Assembly: GCA_019058245.1 (NCBI GenBank)
Contig: JAHPZJ010000028.1
Coordinates: 96,001-160,000, forward strand
Direction of reading: 5' to 3'
Source: Promethearchaeota archaeon
GTDB taxonomy: Archaea; Asgardarchaeota; Lokiarchaeia; Sigyniarchaeales; SOKP01
Length of the DNA stretch: 64,000 bases
Below are positions 28,944 to 40,477 of the stretch, in pieces. Each line of letters starts with the position of its first letter. The stretch's first letter is position 1. The notes under the pieces were generated by a model that did no database searches, was not told the origin of the DNA, and saw only the letters and a list, made by a program, of their open reading frames with translations. Made by a program: the position numbers and the translations under genes.

Positions 28944-29828
28944 TTATTTCATTACGATACCTGAAAAATATCCTACACAATATCCTCTAATATTTCCTGT
29001 TTTTTCTGAACTTGTATAGTACTGTAATAATTTACCCTTACTTGCATTTAAATTTTTAGAAATCATTATAAGGGATGCTATAGTTTGAGGTCCACATACA
29101 GTTGTTTTTGATGCAGCTTCAATTGTTTTTTCAGGATTAAGATCGATAAATCCTTCAATTACTTTTTGATCAATCTGTTTAAGTTTCATCAATTGCTCAG
29201 AATCATGGATTTCTTTATGAGTCATGTCAGAAGAAGCAACAATTACTACGTCTTTATCAAATGAGTTAATAGCTTTAGAAATATCACTTGAGATTTGATT
29301 TAAAGTATTAAAAGCCTTTGTAGAAATTATGATTGGTATAAATTTTACATCTTTTTCTAGGGAACAGTATTTAATAAACGGTAACTGTACTTCGATGTTA
29401 TGTTCTCTTCCAAAAGGATAACCTATAAATGCTGATTCATCATTTTTGATAATATCACTATATTCTAATATTTTCTTGGATAATTCTCCATCAATACGGA
29501 TATTTCCTAAAGGTGTTTCCCATTCGCCCTCATCCATTAACGCAACTTTGCCATAACCAATGTGATCTGTACCTAAGACTATTACAGTATCTGGTATTCT
29601 TTCCTTAAACAAATTAAAAAAGGTAAAAGCCGCGCAACATCCAGAATATATGTATCCAGCATGAGGAGAAACGCCCCCAATTATAGTTCTTTGATCTTGG
29701 TTTAGAGTGGTAGGTTCTTCTCCGGGTCCAAACTCTTTATTTAGAAAAGATTCTTTTAATATAGTAATTAGGTCAGGTTTATAACGTGGATAAAAGCTGC
29801 CAGCAACAGCAGCCTTTCTTATAACCAT
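28944..29828 (-). CDS. MEMO1 family (AmmeMemoRadiSam protein B)
   Basis: RKAAVAGSFYP, PHAGYIYSG, EHNIEVQLPF, ASSDMTH, CG. Confidence 0.92.
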   Translation of the reverse strand: MVIRKAAVAGSFYPRYKPDLITILKESFLNKEFGPGEEPTTLNQDQRTIIGGVSPHAGYIYSGCCAAFTFFNLFKERIPDTVIVLGTDHIGYGKVALMDEGEWETPLGNIRIDGELSKKILEYSDIIKNDESAFIGYPFGREHNIEVQLPFIKYCSLEKDVKFIPIIISTKAFNTLNQISSDISKAINSFDKDVVIVASSDMTHKEIHDSEQLMKLKQIDQKVIEGFIDLNPEKTIEAASKTTVCGPQTIASLIMISKNLNASKGKLLQYYTSSEKTGNIRGYCVGYFSGIVMK

Positions 29829-29949
29829 TTTTTTACCACGAGTTTTTTTTGTTTTGATATTTAAAATATGATTCTTAAGAATTATATATTTTCATCTAAT
29901 ACTAGATAAATTGAAAGATTTATTAAATTATTTTTAATATTTTTTAATA

Positions 29950-30543
29950 ATGAACCAAGTAAACAATGAACAAATCTCTCTTGATAATATTGATTTACCA
30001 GATAAAATCCCAGCAAAATTTATCAATTCAAGAGTTATCGTTTTCAATCCTTTATATGCTTCATATTTATATGTTATTAAAGGTTTTTTTGGTTCTCCTT
30101 TAGGTATAAATAAACCGAGATTAGAATATTTTTCAAAACCAAGTGAATTGTCTCTAATAGAAGCGTATTATTTATTGGAACGTGATGACATTTCTATTTA
30201 TGATATAAAAGAGAATAAGGTTTTAGAACCGAAGGAATTCTATGAGATTGCTAATAAAATTCATCATAAATTTGCAGAGAAATATGTTATTTACAAAGAT
30301 CTAAGGGAAAAAGGATATATACCGAGACCTGGTCTAAAATTTGGAGCGGATTTTGTCGTGTATAAAAAGGGACCTGGTATAGAACATTCACTTTTTATGG
30401 TTCATGTATTACCTCATGATTCTGAAATAACTGCTATTGATATGGTTAGAGCTGGTAGATTAGCAACATCAGTGAGAAAAAAATTTGTTATAGCAAACCC
30501 ACTAACTAAATCATATTATTTCTTTGAATGGTTTAAGCCATAA
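29950..30543 (+). CDS. endA: tRNA-splicing (intron) endonuclease, catalytic subunit
   Basis: LSLIEAYYL, YKDLREKGY, GLKFGADFVVY, GPGIEHS, RLATSVRKK (Tyr/His/Lys triad). Confidence 0.93.
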   Translation: MNQVNNEQISLDNIDLPDKIPAKFINSRVIVFNPLYASYLYVIKGFFGSPLGINKPRLEYFSKPSELSLIEAYYLLERDDISIYDIKENKVLEPKEFYEIANKIHHKFAEKYVIYKDLREKGYIPRPGLKFGADFVVYKKGPGIEHSLFMVHVLPHDSEITAIDMVRAGRLATSVRKKFVIANPLTKSYYFFEWFKP

Positions 30544-30599
30544 AATAAAGAAAAAGTACAGATAAAAAAAATTGATATATTAATTTTCCACTTTATAGA

Positions 30600-32417
30600 T
30601 TATTTCACAAAAACCAATTTTAGAATATCGCTAAGATTTTTATTTTTAAATTGTTCTATTTGGTCAAAATCTGCATTTGGAATGGAATGGGTAATTTTCA
30701 TAATACTATTCAAGACCTCGTCTTCCTTATTCTCATCAAATCTAAGCCCTCTTTTTAACAGAATTTTTCCCTCTTTAAAAAATAATAAAATTATTTTTAT
30801 TAATCCTAATAATTTCTTATGTTCAGTAAAATTGTCAATCTCTACAAATGCATTTTGACCTAAAAAACTATTTTGAATTAATTTTGCCATAAAAAGATCA
30901 AGTTTTTGATCATCAGGCAAATTTTTCTTTCCAATTAACTGTGTTATAAATTTTAACTCATGATCTTTTGATAGTATTTCATCTACTTGTTTTTGACACC
31001 CTATCCAATCTAGATCAATTTCTGACCAATAAATATCGTTATTTCTCCACCATTCTGAAATTTGTACGGGATAATTTGAATAAGATTTCATCCAATTTAT
31101 AGCAGGATATTGTTTTAAGTATGCTAAATTATTATCTAGAGCTAATAATGATTGCACAACTCGTTTAGTAACTGTAGTAACTGGCTCATTAAAATCTCCT
31201 GCAGGAGGTGATATTGATCCTATAATTGTCAAAGACCCAATATTTTGTTTTCCTAAATGATCTCGTCCATTTGTTTGAAAAACACCGGCTCTTTCATAAA
31301 AACTTGAGAGTCTTGTTGGTAAATATGCAGGATATCCTTCTTCGGCTGGCATTTCTTCCAATAATCCACAAATTTCTCTTAAGGATTCTGCCCATCTTGA
31401 TGTACTATCTGCAAGAACGGCAACATCATATCCCATATCTCTATAGTACTCCGCGATAGTTACTCCTGAAAAAAGACTAGCATCACGAGCAGATACAGGC
31501 ATATTTGAAGTATTTGCAATAATAATTGTGCGATCTAATAATGGTCTCCCATTTTTAGCATCATAAATCTCTTTAAATTGTTTTAACACATTAGCAATTT
31601 CATTACCTGGTTCTCCACAACCTATAAAAATAATTATATCTGCCTTACAATACTTTGCAATTGTTTGTAAAATAACTGTTTTCCCTGTTCCAAATCCTCC
31701 TGGAACTGCAGATGTCCCTCCTTTTGCTATTGGAAATAGTAAATCAATTATTCTTGTTCCTGTCAATAATGGTTCATTTGGTTTAATTTTCCTTTCAAAG
31801 GGTCTCCTTTTAGTAATTGGCCACTTTTGTAACATCGAGAATGAGGTTTCTTGTCCATTTTCTGTTAAACAATAAATTGTATCTATTATATTATAATCTC
31901 CCTCTTCTGCAATAAAAGTTATTTTCCCAAACACCGCAGGTGGAATCATAATTTTATGGGTAATTATTTCAGTTTCTTGTACTGTTCCAATAAAGTCTCC
32001 GCTATTTACATTATCACCTTTTTTTCGTAAGGGTACAAAATGCCATTTTTTTTCTCTTGATAAGGGTGAAAAATCGATTCCTTTTTCTAATTTTCCTTCT
32101 TTAAAATGTTCAAAAATTGTTTCTAAAGGCCTTTGAATTCCATCAAAGACATTTGCCATCAATCCAGGGCCTAACTCCATGGATAATGGTTTTTTAAGAT
32201 TAATAACTTTTTCATATAACTTTAAACTATTTGTATCATCATAAGATTGGGCTACAATGTAATTAGAATAAATTTGAATAACTTCACTTAAAATATTATG
32301 GTTAGAAATTTTGACTAAGTCATGAAGTCTTATTTCATTTTCCAATCCTTTTACTTTAATTATTGAACCTTTAATTGATGTAATTACACCATATTTATGA
32401 AGTTCTTCGACTGACAT
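30600..32417 (-). CDS. A/V-type ATPase subunit A, second divergent paralog
   Basis: [33 protein letters not shown]; GCGEPGNE instead of GCGERGNE. Confidence 0.9.
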   Translation of the reverse strand: MSVEELHKYGVITSIKGSIIKVKGLENEIRLHDLVKISNHNILSEVIQIYSNYIVAQSYDDTNSLKLYEKVINLKKPLSMELGPGLMANVFDGIQRPLETIFEHFKEGKLEKGIDFSPLSREKKWHFVPLRKKGDNVNSGDFIGTVQETEIITHKIMIPPAVFGKITFIAEEGDYNIIDTIYCLTENGQETSFSMLQKWPITKRRPFERKIKPNEPLLTGTRIIDLLFPIAKGGTSAVPGGFGTGKTVILQTIAKYCKADIIIFIGCGEPGNEIANVLKQFKEIYDAKNGRPLLDRTIIIANTSNMPVSARDASLFSGVTIAEYYRDMGYDVAVLADSTSRWAESLREICGLLEEMPAEEGYPAYLPTRLSSFYERAGVFQTNGRDHLGKQNIGSLTIIGSISPPAGDFNEPVTTVTKRVVQSLLALDNNLAYLKQYPAINWMKSYSNYPVQISEWWRNNDIYWSEIDLDWIGCQKQVDEILSKDHELKFITQLIGKKNLPDDQKLDLFMAKLIQNSFLGQNAFVEIDNFTEHKKLLGLIKIILLFFKEGKILLKRGLRFDENKEDEVLNSIMKITHSIPNADFDQIEQFKNKNLSDILKLVFVK

Positions 32418-32457
32418 TAATTACTATCCAAATTTTTTATTTATTTTTTTAATTATT

Positions 32458-32877
32458 TTATTTATTTGGGGTACCACAAATGGGACATTTTTTGACATAA
32501 CTTGGAAGTGTCATTCCACATTTCATGCATTTATTAATTAGAGGTTTACGATATTTAAAATTGAGGCTTACATCTGACAATTTTCTTATTTCAGGTTCCC
32601 CTTCTATTTTATACGGTTCTTTTTTCCGATAAAGTTGATCTTTCCTTTTATCTTTATCAGGGAACATTTTTGAATAAAGATTTTTCGTCCGGTTTTTAAA
32701 TATAAGTCCTAGAAAAGTTACAAGTATAAAACCGATAATTAGAATGATAATAAATGCATTTGTTTTAAATTTGATTAAAAAATATATTAGAATTAATAGT
32801 AATATTATCAGAAAAATCATACTGATAGTTTTACGAATAACATCCTTCTGAGAGACCTTTTTGTTATCATTTTCCAT
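32458..32877 (-). CDS. two-TM protein with C-terminal zinc ribbon
   Basis: Two hydrophobic helices; CMKCG...CPICG. Confidence 0.7.
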   Translation of the reverse strand: MENDNKKVSQKDVIRKTISMIFLIILLLILIYFLIKFKTNAFIIILIIGFILVTFLGLIFKNRTKNLYSKMFPDKDKRKDQLYRKKEPYKIEGEPEIRKLSDVSLNFKYRKPLINKCMKCGMTLPSYVKKCPICGTPNK

Positions 32878-32903
32878 AATTCATTAATCAATTAAAATGT
32901 GAG

Positions 32904-35195
32904 TCAAAAATATTTTTTAGAAATTTGTTTTGTAGCTTCAAGAATGTCCTCATGAATTTGCTTAGACTCAATTTCTCGTTCTATTTCTTCAGAAACAATA
33001 TCCTTTTCATCCCTTAATTTAAAGTTTATAATTGAAAAATTATCATCTAAATAAAAGGGATAAAATTTTATCCCAGATCCACTATAAAATTTGAAAAAGA
33101 ATTCATAAAAATTCAACCTCAACGCGTTTAAAAAGACTAATAATCCTTCTATAAGAATTACCACTATGTTGCCGAAAATTAAACCTACAGTTTTTGCAAA
33201 TTCAACCCAAAATCCCGATCCTTCAATTAAACCTGCCATCGCTTGGATGGCAATCATTAGAGCTATATGGGCTAGAGCTAATGCTAATAATCGTATATAA
33301 GAAGCAACATTGCTTATTACGGATAATAATGTTTCAAACGTTTCCATTGACCCTTCACTTACAAGATCTTTATATGATTCAGCTTTCATATACGATACAC
33401 CTAGAATTTTGCCAATAGGTTTTAAAATAAGGAGTAATATGCCTGGAATTAAGGGTAATAATATTGGAAATGGTGGTGATAGCCATGCATTTATGTCAAA
33501 TTTATAAGTTAAAATTAAAATCGTACCACCAATTAATAATAATATCTTAACGAATGAATCTGTAAATGCTAAATATTTTCTCCCTTGTCTCCAATAATTC
33601 AAAAACTGTATTACCCAACCTAAATTAATATGGATCACACCAACTAGTATTGCAAATATTAAAACCGCTGTTACACGCGAAATTGGATCATGTAATGACA
33701 TATTTAATATAGGAATTGTAATTGGATTTAGTTGAAGAAAAACGTGACCTCCAATTTCTATGTTATGCATACCAAAAAATTCACCATATAAAAAACCAAA
33801 TAAAACAGCCCCCAGACCACAATAAAAGATTATCCAACAAAAATTTAAAAAGTCAGTTCCTTTTTTATTTTTAAAAATGACAGCACCAATTAATCCTGCT
33901 ATAATTAAAACTATCCCATGACCAATGTCCCCGAACATCAACCCAAATAAAATAGGAAATATAATTGCTAAAAATGGTGTTGGATCAATTTCAGAATAAG
34001 AAGGAGTACCATACATTCTTGTTAATGTTTCGAAAGGTCTTACAAAAAAATTATTTTTCATAAGTCGTGGTGTTTTTTCTTTTAAATCTTTATCTGTTGC
34101 TATGTTACTCGAGATATCCTCTTTATTCTTAAGTTTATCTTTTGAATATGATTTTTCTTTTAATTTTTCTTCCCGTTCTGTTTCTTTAACTTTTATAATG
34201 GTTTTTTTTGATATTTCCATAGAATGAATATTTATCTTATCTTTGAAAACATCAATTAATCTTTTACGAACTTCCTCCTTTCGGTCCACAGGAATAAAAA
34301 ATTGAAGCTTTGAAGCATTTGATGATATATCTCTGAATTGTTGCTCAGCCCAATTATAATCTTCAATATTTTGAACAATTTCATACATAGCGGCGAATAA
34401 TACTATATTATCATCTTTAAGCCGCTCCAATTCTTTTTCATACTTAATTAAAGTATCTGAAATAAAATTAATTTCACTTTTAATTCTAGGAAAGTTAATC
34501 CCATCAGTAAGTAGATATTTTTTTAAAATGGGCACTTCTTCTACTTGAATAACCCGAAGTTTTTCTTTTAGATCTTCTTCTTTATCTTTAGGATAAATTG
34601 TGAAAAATGCTATTCGATCTTCTGAAATTTTTTGGGTGTCAAAAAAATTTGGAAAATTTGAAAAATCAAAAAGATTTTTTATGAAAACTAAATTTTTTGA
34701 AAAAGTGGTATAAACTCTAAAAGATAGCTGTTTCAATTGTGATAAATTATCTCGAGATACCCCAATATTATTTAGAAAATTATAACTTTCTTCAATAATT
34801 TTCATTTTATCTAGTTCAATATTAACTTTTGCTATATATTTTCCTAATTCCGCTACACGATTATTATAGAAATTAATCTCTTCTGAAATATAGTTTATTA
34901 ATTCAAGGATATCTTTAACAACAAACTCTTTTCTATCTTTTTTTTTAACATTTAACTTTTGTATATCATTATCAGTAATATTAAGCATTTTAAATAATCT
35001 TTCTATCTCAGCTCTTAATTTTTTTATTTTTTCAGAGAAAAGATCTCCTTTTTCGATATTTTCAATTATTTTTTCTTTTGGTCTAATATGAACTACTTTT
35101 ATTTGAGCTAATTCTTGTAACAGAAAATCTTTATAATCATTATGGATAGCTACATCAAATAAGCACATTACCGTCTTGGTTACCATCGCATTCAC
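32904..35195 (-). CDS. atpI: A/V-type ATPase subunit I (a)
   Basis: YGTPSYSEIDPT, FGLMFGDIGHG, SYIRLLAL, LRLNFYEFF. Confidence 0.93.
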   Translation of the reverse strand: MNAMVTKTVMCLFDVAIHNDYKDFLLQELAQIKVVHIRPKEKIIENIEKGDLFSEKIKKLRAEIERLFKMLNITDNDIQKLNVKKKDRKEFVVKDILELINYISEEINFYNNRVAELGKYIAKVNIELDKMKIIEESYNFLNNIGVSRDNLSQLKQLSFRVYTTFSKNLVFIKNLFDFSNFPNFFDTQKISEDRIAFFTIYPKDKEEDLKEKLRVIQVEEVPILKKYLLTDGINFPRIKSEINFISDTLIKYEKELERLKDDNIVLFAAMYEIVQNIEDYNWAEQQFRDISSNASKLQFFIPVDRKEEVRKRLIDVFKDKINIHSMEISKKTIIKVKETEREEKLKEKSYSKDKLKNKEDISSNIATDKDLKEKTPRLMKNNFFVRPFETLTRMYGTPSYSEIDPTPFLAIIFPILFGLMFGDIGHGIVLIIAGLIGAVIFKNKKGTDFLNFCWIIFYCGLGAVLFGFLYGEFFGMHNIEIGGHVFLQLNPITIPILNMSLHDPISRVTAVLIFAILVGVIHINLGWVIQFLNYWRQGRKYLAFTDSFVKILLLIGGTILILTYKFDINAWLSPPFPILLPLIPGILLLILKPIGKILGVSYMKAESYKDLVSEGSMETFETLLSVISNVASYIRLLALALAHIALMIAIQAMAGLIEGSGFWVEFAKTVGLIFGNIVVILIEGLLVFLNALRLNFYEFFFKFYSGSGIKFYPFYLDDNFSIINFKLRDEKDIVSEEIEREIESKQIHEDILEATKQISKKYF

Positions 35196-35842
35196 ATTTT
35201 TATAAACTTTTTTTCATAAATTAGATCTTTTATACTTTTTAATCTTACAAAATTCTCTCGTTGAACTTCTTCTAATATATCTTTTATTTTTTTAATTTCT
35301 TGACTAAGTGAGGGGATAATAATATTATTTAATCCATGGATTCTTCGAGTTATTTTTTTAAAACTTAGCGAATGTTTTAACATTACATCTTCAATTTCTG
35401 CCAAATGAATCATTATATTGAAAAGATTTGTTAATTTTTTTATTAAGTCATCTAGATAATGACTTGTATATTCAAAAGAATAAGCGGGAAGTCTTTCTTT
35501 TCTTATTAGTTCATATTCTATCTCTGGTACTACATTACCAATCTTTTTTACATAGTTAACATTGATTGTTGGTGTGAATTGGATTTTGCTCAAACTGCTA
35601 ATTATTTTAAAATTGTTCTTTCCCATTTCCATATAAGTCTGTTGCAAGCAAATCATGACTTCTATGAATAGATTTAGGTAGTTTTTACGTTGTATTTTAT
35701 AGTCACTCCATAACTTTTTAATTGCAAATATTAATTGTTCTTGTTTAAATTCTAAAAAGCTCTTACCTTTCACAGCAAAGTTTAATCTTTTCTGTAGACT
35801 CATTAAGTTTGTTTTTGTAGGTTTGAATTCTCTAAAACTAAT
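35192..35842 (-). CDS. atpD: A/V-type ATPase subunit D
   Basis: KPTKTNL...AVKGKSFLEFK, TRRIHGL..IIP, ERENFVRLK-like motif; the conserved KPTK lies upstream of the first ATG (35803), so ATT at 35842 is the probable start. Confidence 0.88.
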   Translation of the reverse strand: MSFREFKPTKTNLMSLQKRLNFAVKGKSFLEFKQEQLIFAIKKLWSDYKIQRKNYLNLFIEVMICLQQTYMEMGKNNFKIISSLSKIQFTPTINVNYVKKIGNVVPEIEYELIRKERLPAYSFEYTSHYLDDLIKKLTNLFNIMIHLAEIEDVMLKHSLSFKKITRRIHGLNNIIIPSLSQEIKKIKDILEEVQRENFVRLKSIKDLIYEKKFIKM

Positions 35843-35849
35843 AGTTGTA

Positions 35850-37241
35850 TTACACCTGCTCTTGATAATATTTTTTAATAAATTCTTGATGAATTCTATA
35901 TAATTGATTTTTTGGTAAAGCAGATAAAGCTTTCCAAGCTATTTTAAAAGTTGTTGTAAAATCTCGATTCTCATTTACATCTTGGTTTAAAAATTCTTTT
36001 TCGAAGATTTCTCCAAACTTTAACGTAGATCTTTGATTAAAGTTCAATCCATCTTCACCAACAATTGATATAAGATCTCTAACTTCAAGAGTATTTGAAT
36101 ATGAAGCTAATAATTGGGAACTTATATCCTTGTGATCCTCTCTTGTTGTATTTTCACCAATTGCATCTTTCATAAGTCGAGATATAGAAGCTAAAACTTC
36201 AAACGGTGGATATATACCTCTTTTATGCAAATTCCTATTAAGGACTAATTGCCCCTCAGTAATATATCCTGAGGTGTCTGGAATTGGATGAGAGATATCA
36301 TCATTTGGCATTGTTAGAATAGGTATTTGAGTTATTGTTCCTTTTTTACCTTTTATTTTACCGGTTCGTTCATAAATTGAAGCAAAATCAGTGTATAGAT
36401 ATCCTGGATAACCTTTTCTACTAGGAATCTCTTCTTTTGCTGAGCTAAGTTCTCTTAATGCTTCAGCATAATTAGTCATATCTATTAAAATAACAAGAAC
36501 GTGCATATCTTTATCAAAAGCGAAATATTCTGCAGTAGTTAATGCTACTCTTGGAATTATTAAACGCTCCATTATTGGATCATCTGCAAAATTTATAAAT
36601 GAAATGATGTTTTGGATATTTCCACTTTCTTGAAATCTATTTAAAAAATAAATTGCTTCATCCTGAATAATTCCTATCCCACAAAAAATAATTAGAAAAG
36701 GTTCTTCTGTTAAAACTCTAGATTGTGTTACAATTTGAGCCGCTAGTGCATTATGTGGCATTCCTTGTCCACTAAATATAGGAAGTTTTTGCCCTCTTAT
36801 TAGCGTAAACAGTCCGTCAATAACAGACATACCTGTCTGGATTACCTCGGTTGGGTATTCTCTTGCGAATGGGTTAACTGGTGCTCCATTAATATCTCGT
36901 TCAACTTCTGTTATCAATTCAGATTCTAAAACCTTTTTAGTATTTATATCAATTGGTTTTCCCAGTGAATTGAATGTTCTACCAAACATATCATTTGAGA
37001 TTTTAACTTTAAAAGAAGCCTCTGTAAAAAGAATTTTAGAATTCTCTGAAGATAAACCACTTGTATCTTCAAATACTTCAACAACAATAGTGTCTTCATC
37101 TATTTTTACAACTTGACCAGTACGTTCTATTCCACCATCAGTTAATATTTTAACAATCTCCCCATATTGTGCATCATGTTCATTACTTAAGAATAACAAA
37201 GGTCCTACAATTTGTTCAATTTTTCCATAGATAATACTCAT
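35850..37241 (-). CDS. atpB: A/V-type ATPase subunit B
   Basis: [42 protein letters not shown]. Confidence 0.95.
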   Translation of the reverse strand: MSIIYGKIEQIVGPLLFLSNEHDAQYGEIVKILTDGGIERTGQVVKIDEDTIVVEVFEDTSGLSSENSKILFTEASFKVKISNDMFGRTFNSLGKPIDINTKKVLESELITEVERDINGAPVNPFAREYPTEVIQTGMSVIDGLFTLIRGQKLPIFSGQGMPHNALAAQIVTQSRVLTEEPFLIIFCGIGIIQDEAIYFLNRFQESGNIQNIISFINFADDPIMERLIIPRVALTTAEYFAFDKDMHVLVILIDMTNYAEALRELSSAKEEIPSRKGYPGYLYTDFASIYERTGKIKGKKGTITQIPILTMPNDDISHPIPDTSGYITEGQLVLNRNLHKRGIYPPFEVLASISRLMKDAIGENTTREDHKDISSQLLASYSNTLEVRDLISIVGEDGLNFNQRSTLKFGEIFEKEFLNQDVNENRDFTTTFKIAWKALSALPKNQLYRIHQEFIKKYYQEQV

Positions 37242-39088
37242 TTTTCTCTAGAGCCCCCATATGATAATTTTAATGATTCTATTTCATTATTTAACCTTTT
37301 CTTTAATTTTTCTATATCCGAAAAATTATCATTAGAAATCGAATAACTTATTCTTAAAATGTCATTAATTACTTCGAGATTCTTAATATCTTCAATTAAA
37401 TATCCTGAATTTAATAAATCCATTCCTTCTTTATATAAAAGAAGAATTAATTTAATCTGACCAAGTAGTTTTTTAGTATCAGTGAAATTATCAATATCAT
37501 CAAAGGCATTTTGAATTAAAAAACTATTTCTAATTAATTTGGAAATAAAAAGAATTAATTGTTGATCATCAGGTAGATTTTCTTCCCCAATTAGTTGCAT
37601 TATATTTCTTAATTCATTTTCTTGAGAAAGAATGTTATTCACTCGATCTCTACTTTCATACCAATCAAGATTTATCTCAGGCCAAAAGATATCCCTATTA
37701 GACCACCAGTCGACTATATAATCGGGATAATTTGAATAAGAGTTGAGCCAATTTATTGCAGGATAATGCTTAGAGTAGGCTAGACTAGCATCTAATGCCC
37801 AAAAAGCTTGTACAAAACGTTTGGTGGTTGCCGTAACAGGTTCACTAAAGTCTCCAGAAGGTGGGGAGACAGAACCGATTATTGTTAAAGATCCATATCT
37901 TTCTCTATTCGCTGTATCTTCACCTAAAAGGTTTACAACTCCAGCTCTCTCATAAAAACTAGAAATTCTTGATGGTAAATATGCAGGATATCCCTCTTCA
38001 GCTGGCATTTCTTCTAATAACCCTGAGATCTCTCGTAATGATTCTGCCCACCTTGAGGTACTATCAGCTAATACTGCTACATCATATCCCATATCTCGAT
38101 AATACTCTCCAATTGTTACTCCTGAAAAAATACTAGCTTCACGAGCCGAAACTGGCATATTAGATGTATTAGCTATTAAAACTATTCGATTCAACAATGC
38201 CGTTCCACTTTTAGGATCAATTATTTCAATAAACTGTTTTAAAACATCTGCAATTTCATTTCCTCTTTCACCACATCCTACAAAAACAATAACATCAGCA
38301 TTACACCATTTAGCTAATGATTGTTGAATTACTGTTTTACCTGTACCAAAACCTCCAGGTACAGCAACAGTACCTCCTTTTGCTATGGGAAATAATAGGT
38401 CTATTACCCGCATACCCGTGATTAATGGTTCAATAGGAGATTCACGCCTCTTATAAGGTCTATTTTTAATAATTGGCCATTTTTGCAGCATATTAAAAGA
38501 TTTTTCAACTTTTTTTTCTTTCACGCAAAATAATTTGTCTTTAATCGTATAATCTCCCTCTTTAGCTATAAAACTCAATTTTCCCTTGATACCTATTGGA
38601 ACCATTATTCTATGTTCTATTACTAGAGTTTCTTGTACAGTACCAATAATATCACCACTACTTACGATGTCGTTTATATTTTTTTTGGGAACAAAATGCC
38701 ACTTTTTTACTCTTGATAATGATGGTAAATCATTCCCTCTTTCTAAAAAACCTTTATTGGTATTTTCAAAGGTTATATCTAAAGGTCTTTGAATGCCATC
38801 GAAAACATTACCTAATAATCCTGGACCTAACTCCATTGATAATGGTTCTCTTAAATTGGTTACTTTCTCACCCAACTTTAAGTTATTAGTACTCTCGAAA
38901 CATTGAGCAGTGGCGTGATCTGAATAAATTTGAATCACTTCACCTAATATATTTTGTTCAGATACTCTTATTAAGTCGTGAGTACGAACTTGACTTTCAA
39001 ATCCTTTTATTTCAATTAAGGATCCATTTATTGAGGTTATATACCCAAAATTTAACTTCTCATAAGCTTTTTTATTAGAAATTGTCAT
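37238..39088 (-). CDS. atpA: A/V-type ATPase catalytic subunit A
   Basis: [33 protein letters not shown]. Confidence 0.95.
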   Translation of the reverse strand: MTISNKKAYEKLNFGYITSINGSLIEIKGFESQVRTHDLIRVSEQNILGEVIQIYSDHATAQCFESTNNLKLGEKVTNLREPLSMELGPGLLGNVFDGIQRPLDITFENTNKGFLERGNDLPSLSRVKKWHFVPKKNINDIVSSGDIIGTVQETLVIEHRIMVPIGIKGKLSFIAKEGDYTIKDKLFCVKEKKVEKSFNMLQKWPIIKNRPYKRRESPIEPLITGMRVIDLLFPIAKGGTVAVPGGFGTGKTVIQQSLAKWCNADVIVFVGCGERGNEIADVLKQFIEIIDPKSGTALLNRIVLIANTSNMPVSAREASIFSGVTIGEYYRDMGYDVAVLADSTSRWAESLREISGLLEEMPAEEGYPAYLPSRISSFYERAGVVNLLGEDTANRERYGSLTIIGSVSPPSGDFSEPVTATTKRFVQAFWALDASLAYSKHYPAINWLNSYSNYPDYIVDWWSNRDIFWPEINLDWYESRDRVNNILSQENELRNIMQLIGEENLPDDQQLILFISKLIRNSFLIQNAFDDIDNFTDTKKLLGQIKLILLLYKEGMDLLNSGYLIEDIKNLEVINDILRISYSISNDNFSDIEKLKKRLNNEIESLKLSYGGSREK

Positions 39089-39803
39089 AATCTTGTAAAT
39101 ATTTTTTTATAGCTAATTTTTGATCTTGAATGAATTTTTCATAATTTTCGATTATTTCATTTAGTTCTAAATATGTATCTGAAAAGATTTTTGAGAATTC
39201 AATTTCGATACTTGATCTTTTTTTATTTATTAAATTAACAATAGAAAAATCATAAGAAATGTTCATTTCAGTCTGTAAAATTCTAAATCCTCCAATAAAG
39301 TCATCATGTGTAGGATTTAATGTAACTCTATTGTTGAAAATACTTTGAATTTTATCAAATTTTTCAAGAAAATATTCATAATCTCTAGAATTTAAGTTTA
39401 TAACGACTTGAGGAGGTTTATCTATTAAATATTTGATTTTTTCTAAAGTTGCTAATAGGAATTTTATATAATTTGAATAATTACCTTTTATTTTTTTTTC
39501 CAAAAGTAAATTTAAATCCTTAATTAAAGTTAAAATTAAATCATTTTTAACGCTTAATGTTTCCTGTTTAATTTTTAACAGAGTCGAAGATATAGAATTA
39601 TTTAATTGTTTATTATATGCATCAATAAAATTATTTTTAATTTTTAAAGAACTTTCTGCTATTCGTTCTCTATACCTCTTTTTAACTTCTGCAATTTGAA
39701 ATAATGTTTGTTGATCAAGCTTTTTAATTTCAGTTTTGGCTTTATCAATAAGATATAATCCTAAATTCCCGAATCGTTCTTTTAATACATTAATTTCTGA
39801 TAT
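39075..39803 (-). CDS. atpE: A/V-type ATPase subunit E
   Basis: Operon position, IGGFRI motif; frame open 100 codons upstream of TTG 39503 to ATA 39803, encoding the expected coiled-coil N-terminus. Confidence 0.8.
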   Translation of the reverse strand: MSEINVLKERFGNLGLYLIDKAKTEIKKLDQQTLFQIAEVKKRYRERIAESSLKIKNNFIDAYNKQLNNSISSTLLKIKQETLSVKNDLILTLIKDLNLLLEKKIKGNYSNYIKFLLATLEKIKYLIDKPPQVVINLNSRDYEYFLEKFDKIQSIFNNRVTLNPTHDDFIGGFRILQTEMNISYDFSIVNLINKKRSSIEIEFSKIFSDTYLELNEIIENYEKFIQDQKLAIKKYLQDYDNF

Positions 39804-39815
39804 GATCTACATCTC

Positions 39816-40136
39816 TTAAGTTATAATTTTTTCAATAGATTCAAAAATTTTATTAAAAAATATATCTCGATGCTCAACATCTGGTTGGAAAATATTCGGT
39901 ATAAAAAATATAAATGGACTTTTATTGCTTATTTTAAATTCTAAAATAAAGTCTATAATTTCATCAGATAGATCCATAAATATGATTATCATTCCAATTG
40001 AGGAATCTTTAATCAATGTGTCAAATTTCTTAAGAAATTCTTCACTTTTTTCGATAATAGTACCATCTATACCTAAAAGACCAAATGTTAAAACAAATTC
40101 TTCTTGACCTAATACGTGAATTTTCTGATCTGGCAT
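39816..40136 (-). CDS. atpF: A/V-type ATPase subunit F
   Basis: KIHVLGQEEFVLTFGLLGIDG, IGMIII, P..FFIP. Confidence 0.85.
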   Translation of the reverse strand: MPDQKIHVLGQEEFVLTFGLLGIDGTIIEKSEEFLKKFDTLIKDSSIGMIIIFMDLSDEIIDFILEFKISNKSPFIFFIPNIFQPDVEHRDIFFNKIFESIEKIIT

Positions 40137-40447
40137 TAAAAATCAAAACCGATATCTTTTATAATTAATTCTATTAAGTTTTTTTTATTATCGTCATAAG
40201 CCTTTTTCATTTTATTTTTAAATTCTTTTAATTTCTCGTTTATAAAGATATTTTGATCCTCCAAATTTTTAGTTAAAGTTTTCAATGCTGAGTCAGATGA
40301 ATTTCGAAAATTATCAATGCTTTTTTCCATTAGATTTTCTTGTTCTTCTCTTAAACTTTTTAATTCAGTTAAATTCTCAGATTTAGCTTTTTCAATCAAG
40401 TTTTCATAAACTTTTTCGATCTCTTTAATCCATTCGAAAATTTCCAT
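40136..40447 (-). CDS. A/V-type ATPase subunit H/G (peripheral stalk)
   Basis: About 100-aa charged helix, IKEIEK...IEKAK, operon position. Confidence 0.7.
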   Translation of the reverse strand: MEIFEWIKEIEKVYENLIEKAKSENLTELKSLREEQENLMEKSIDNFRNSSDSALKTLTKNLEDQNIFINEKLKEFKNKMKKAYDDNKKNLIELIIKDIGFDF

Positions 40448-40477
40448 TGTTATAACCTATCATTTTCTATATTTTTA

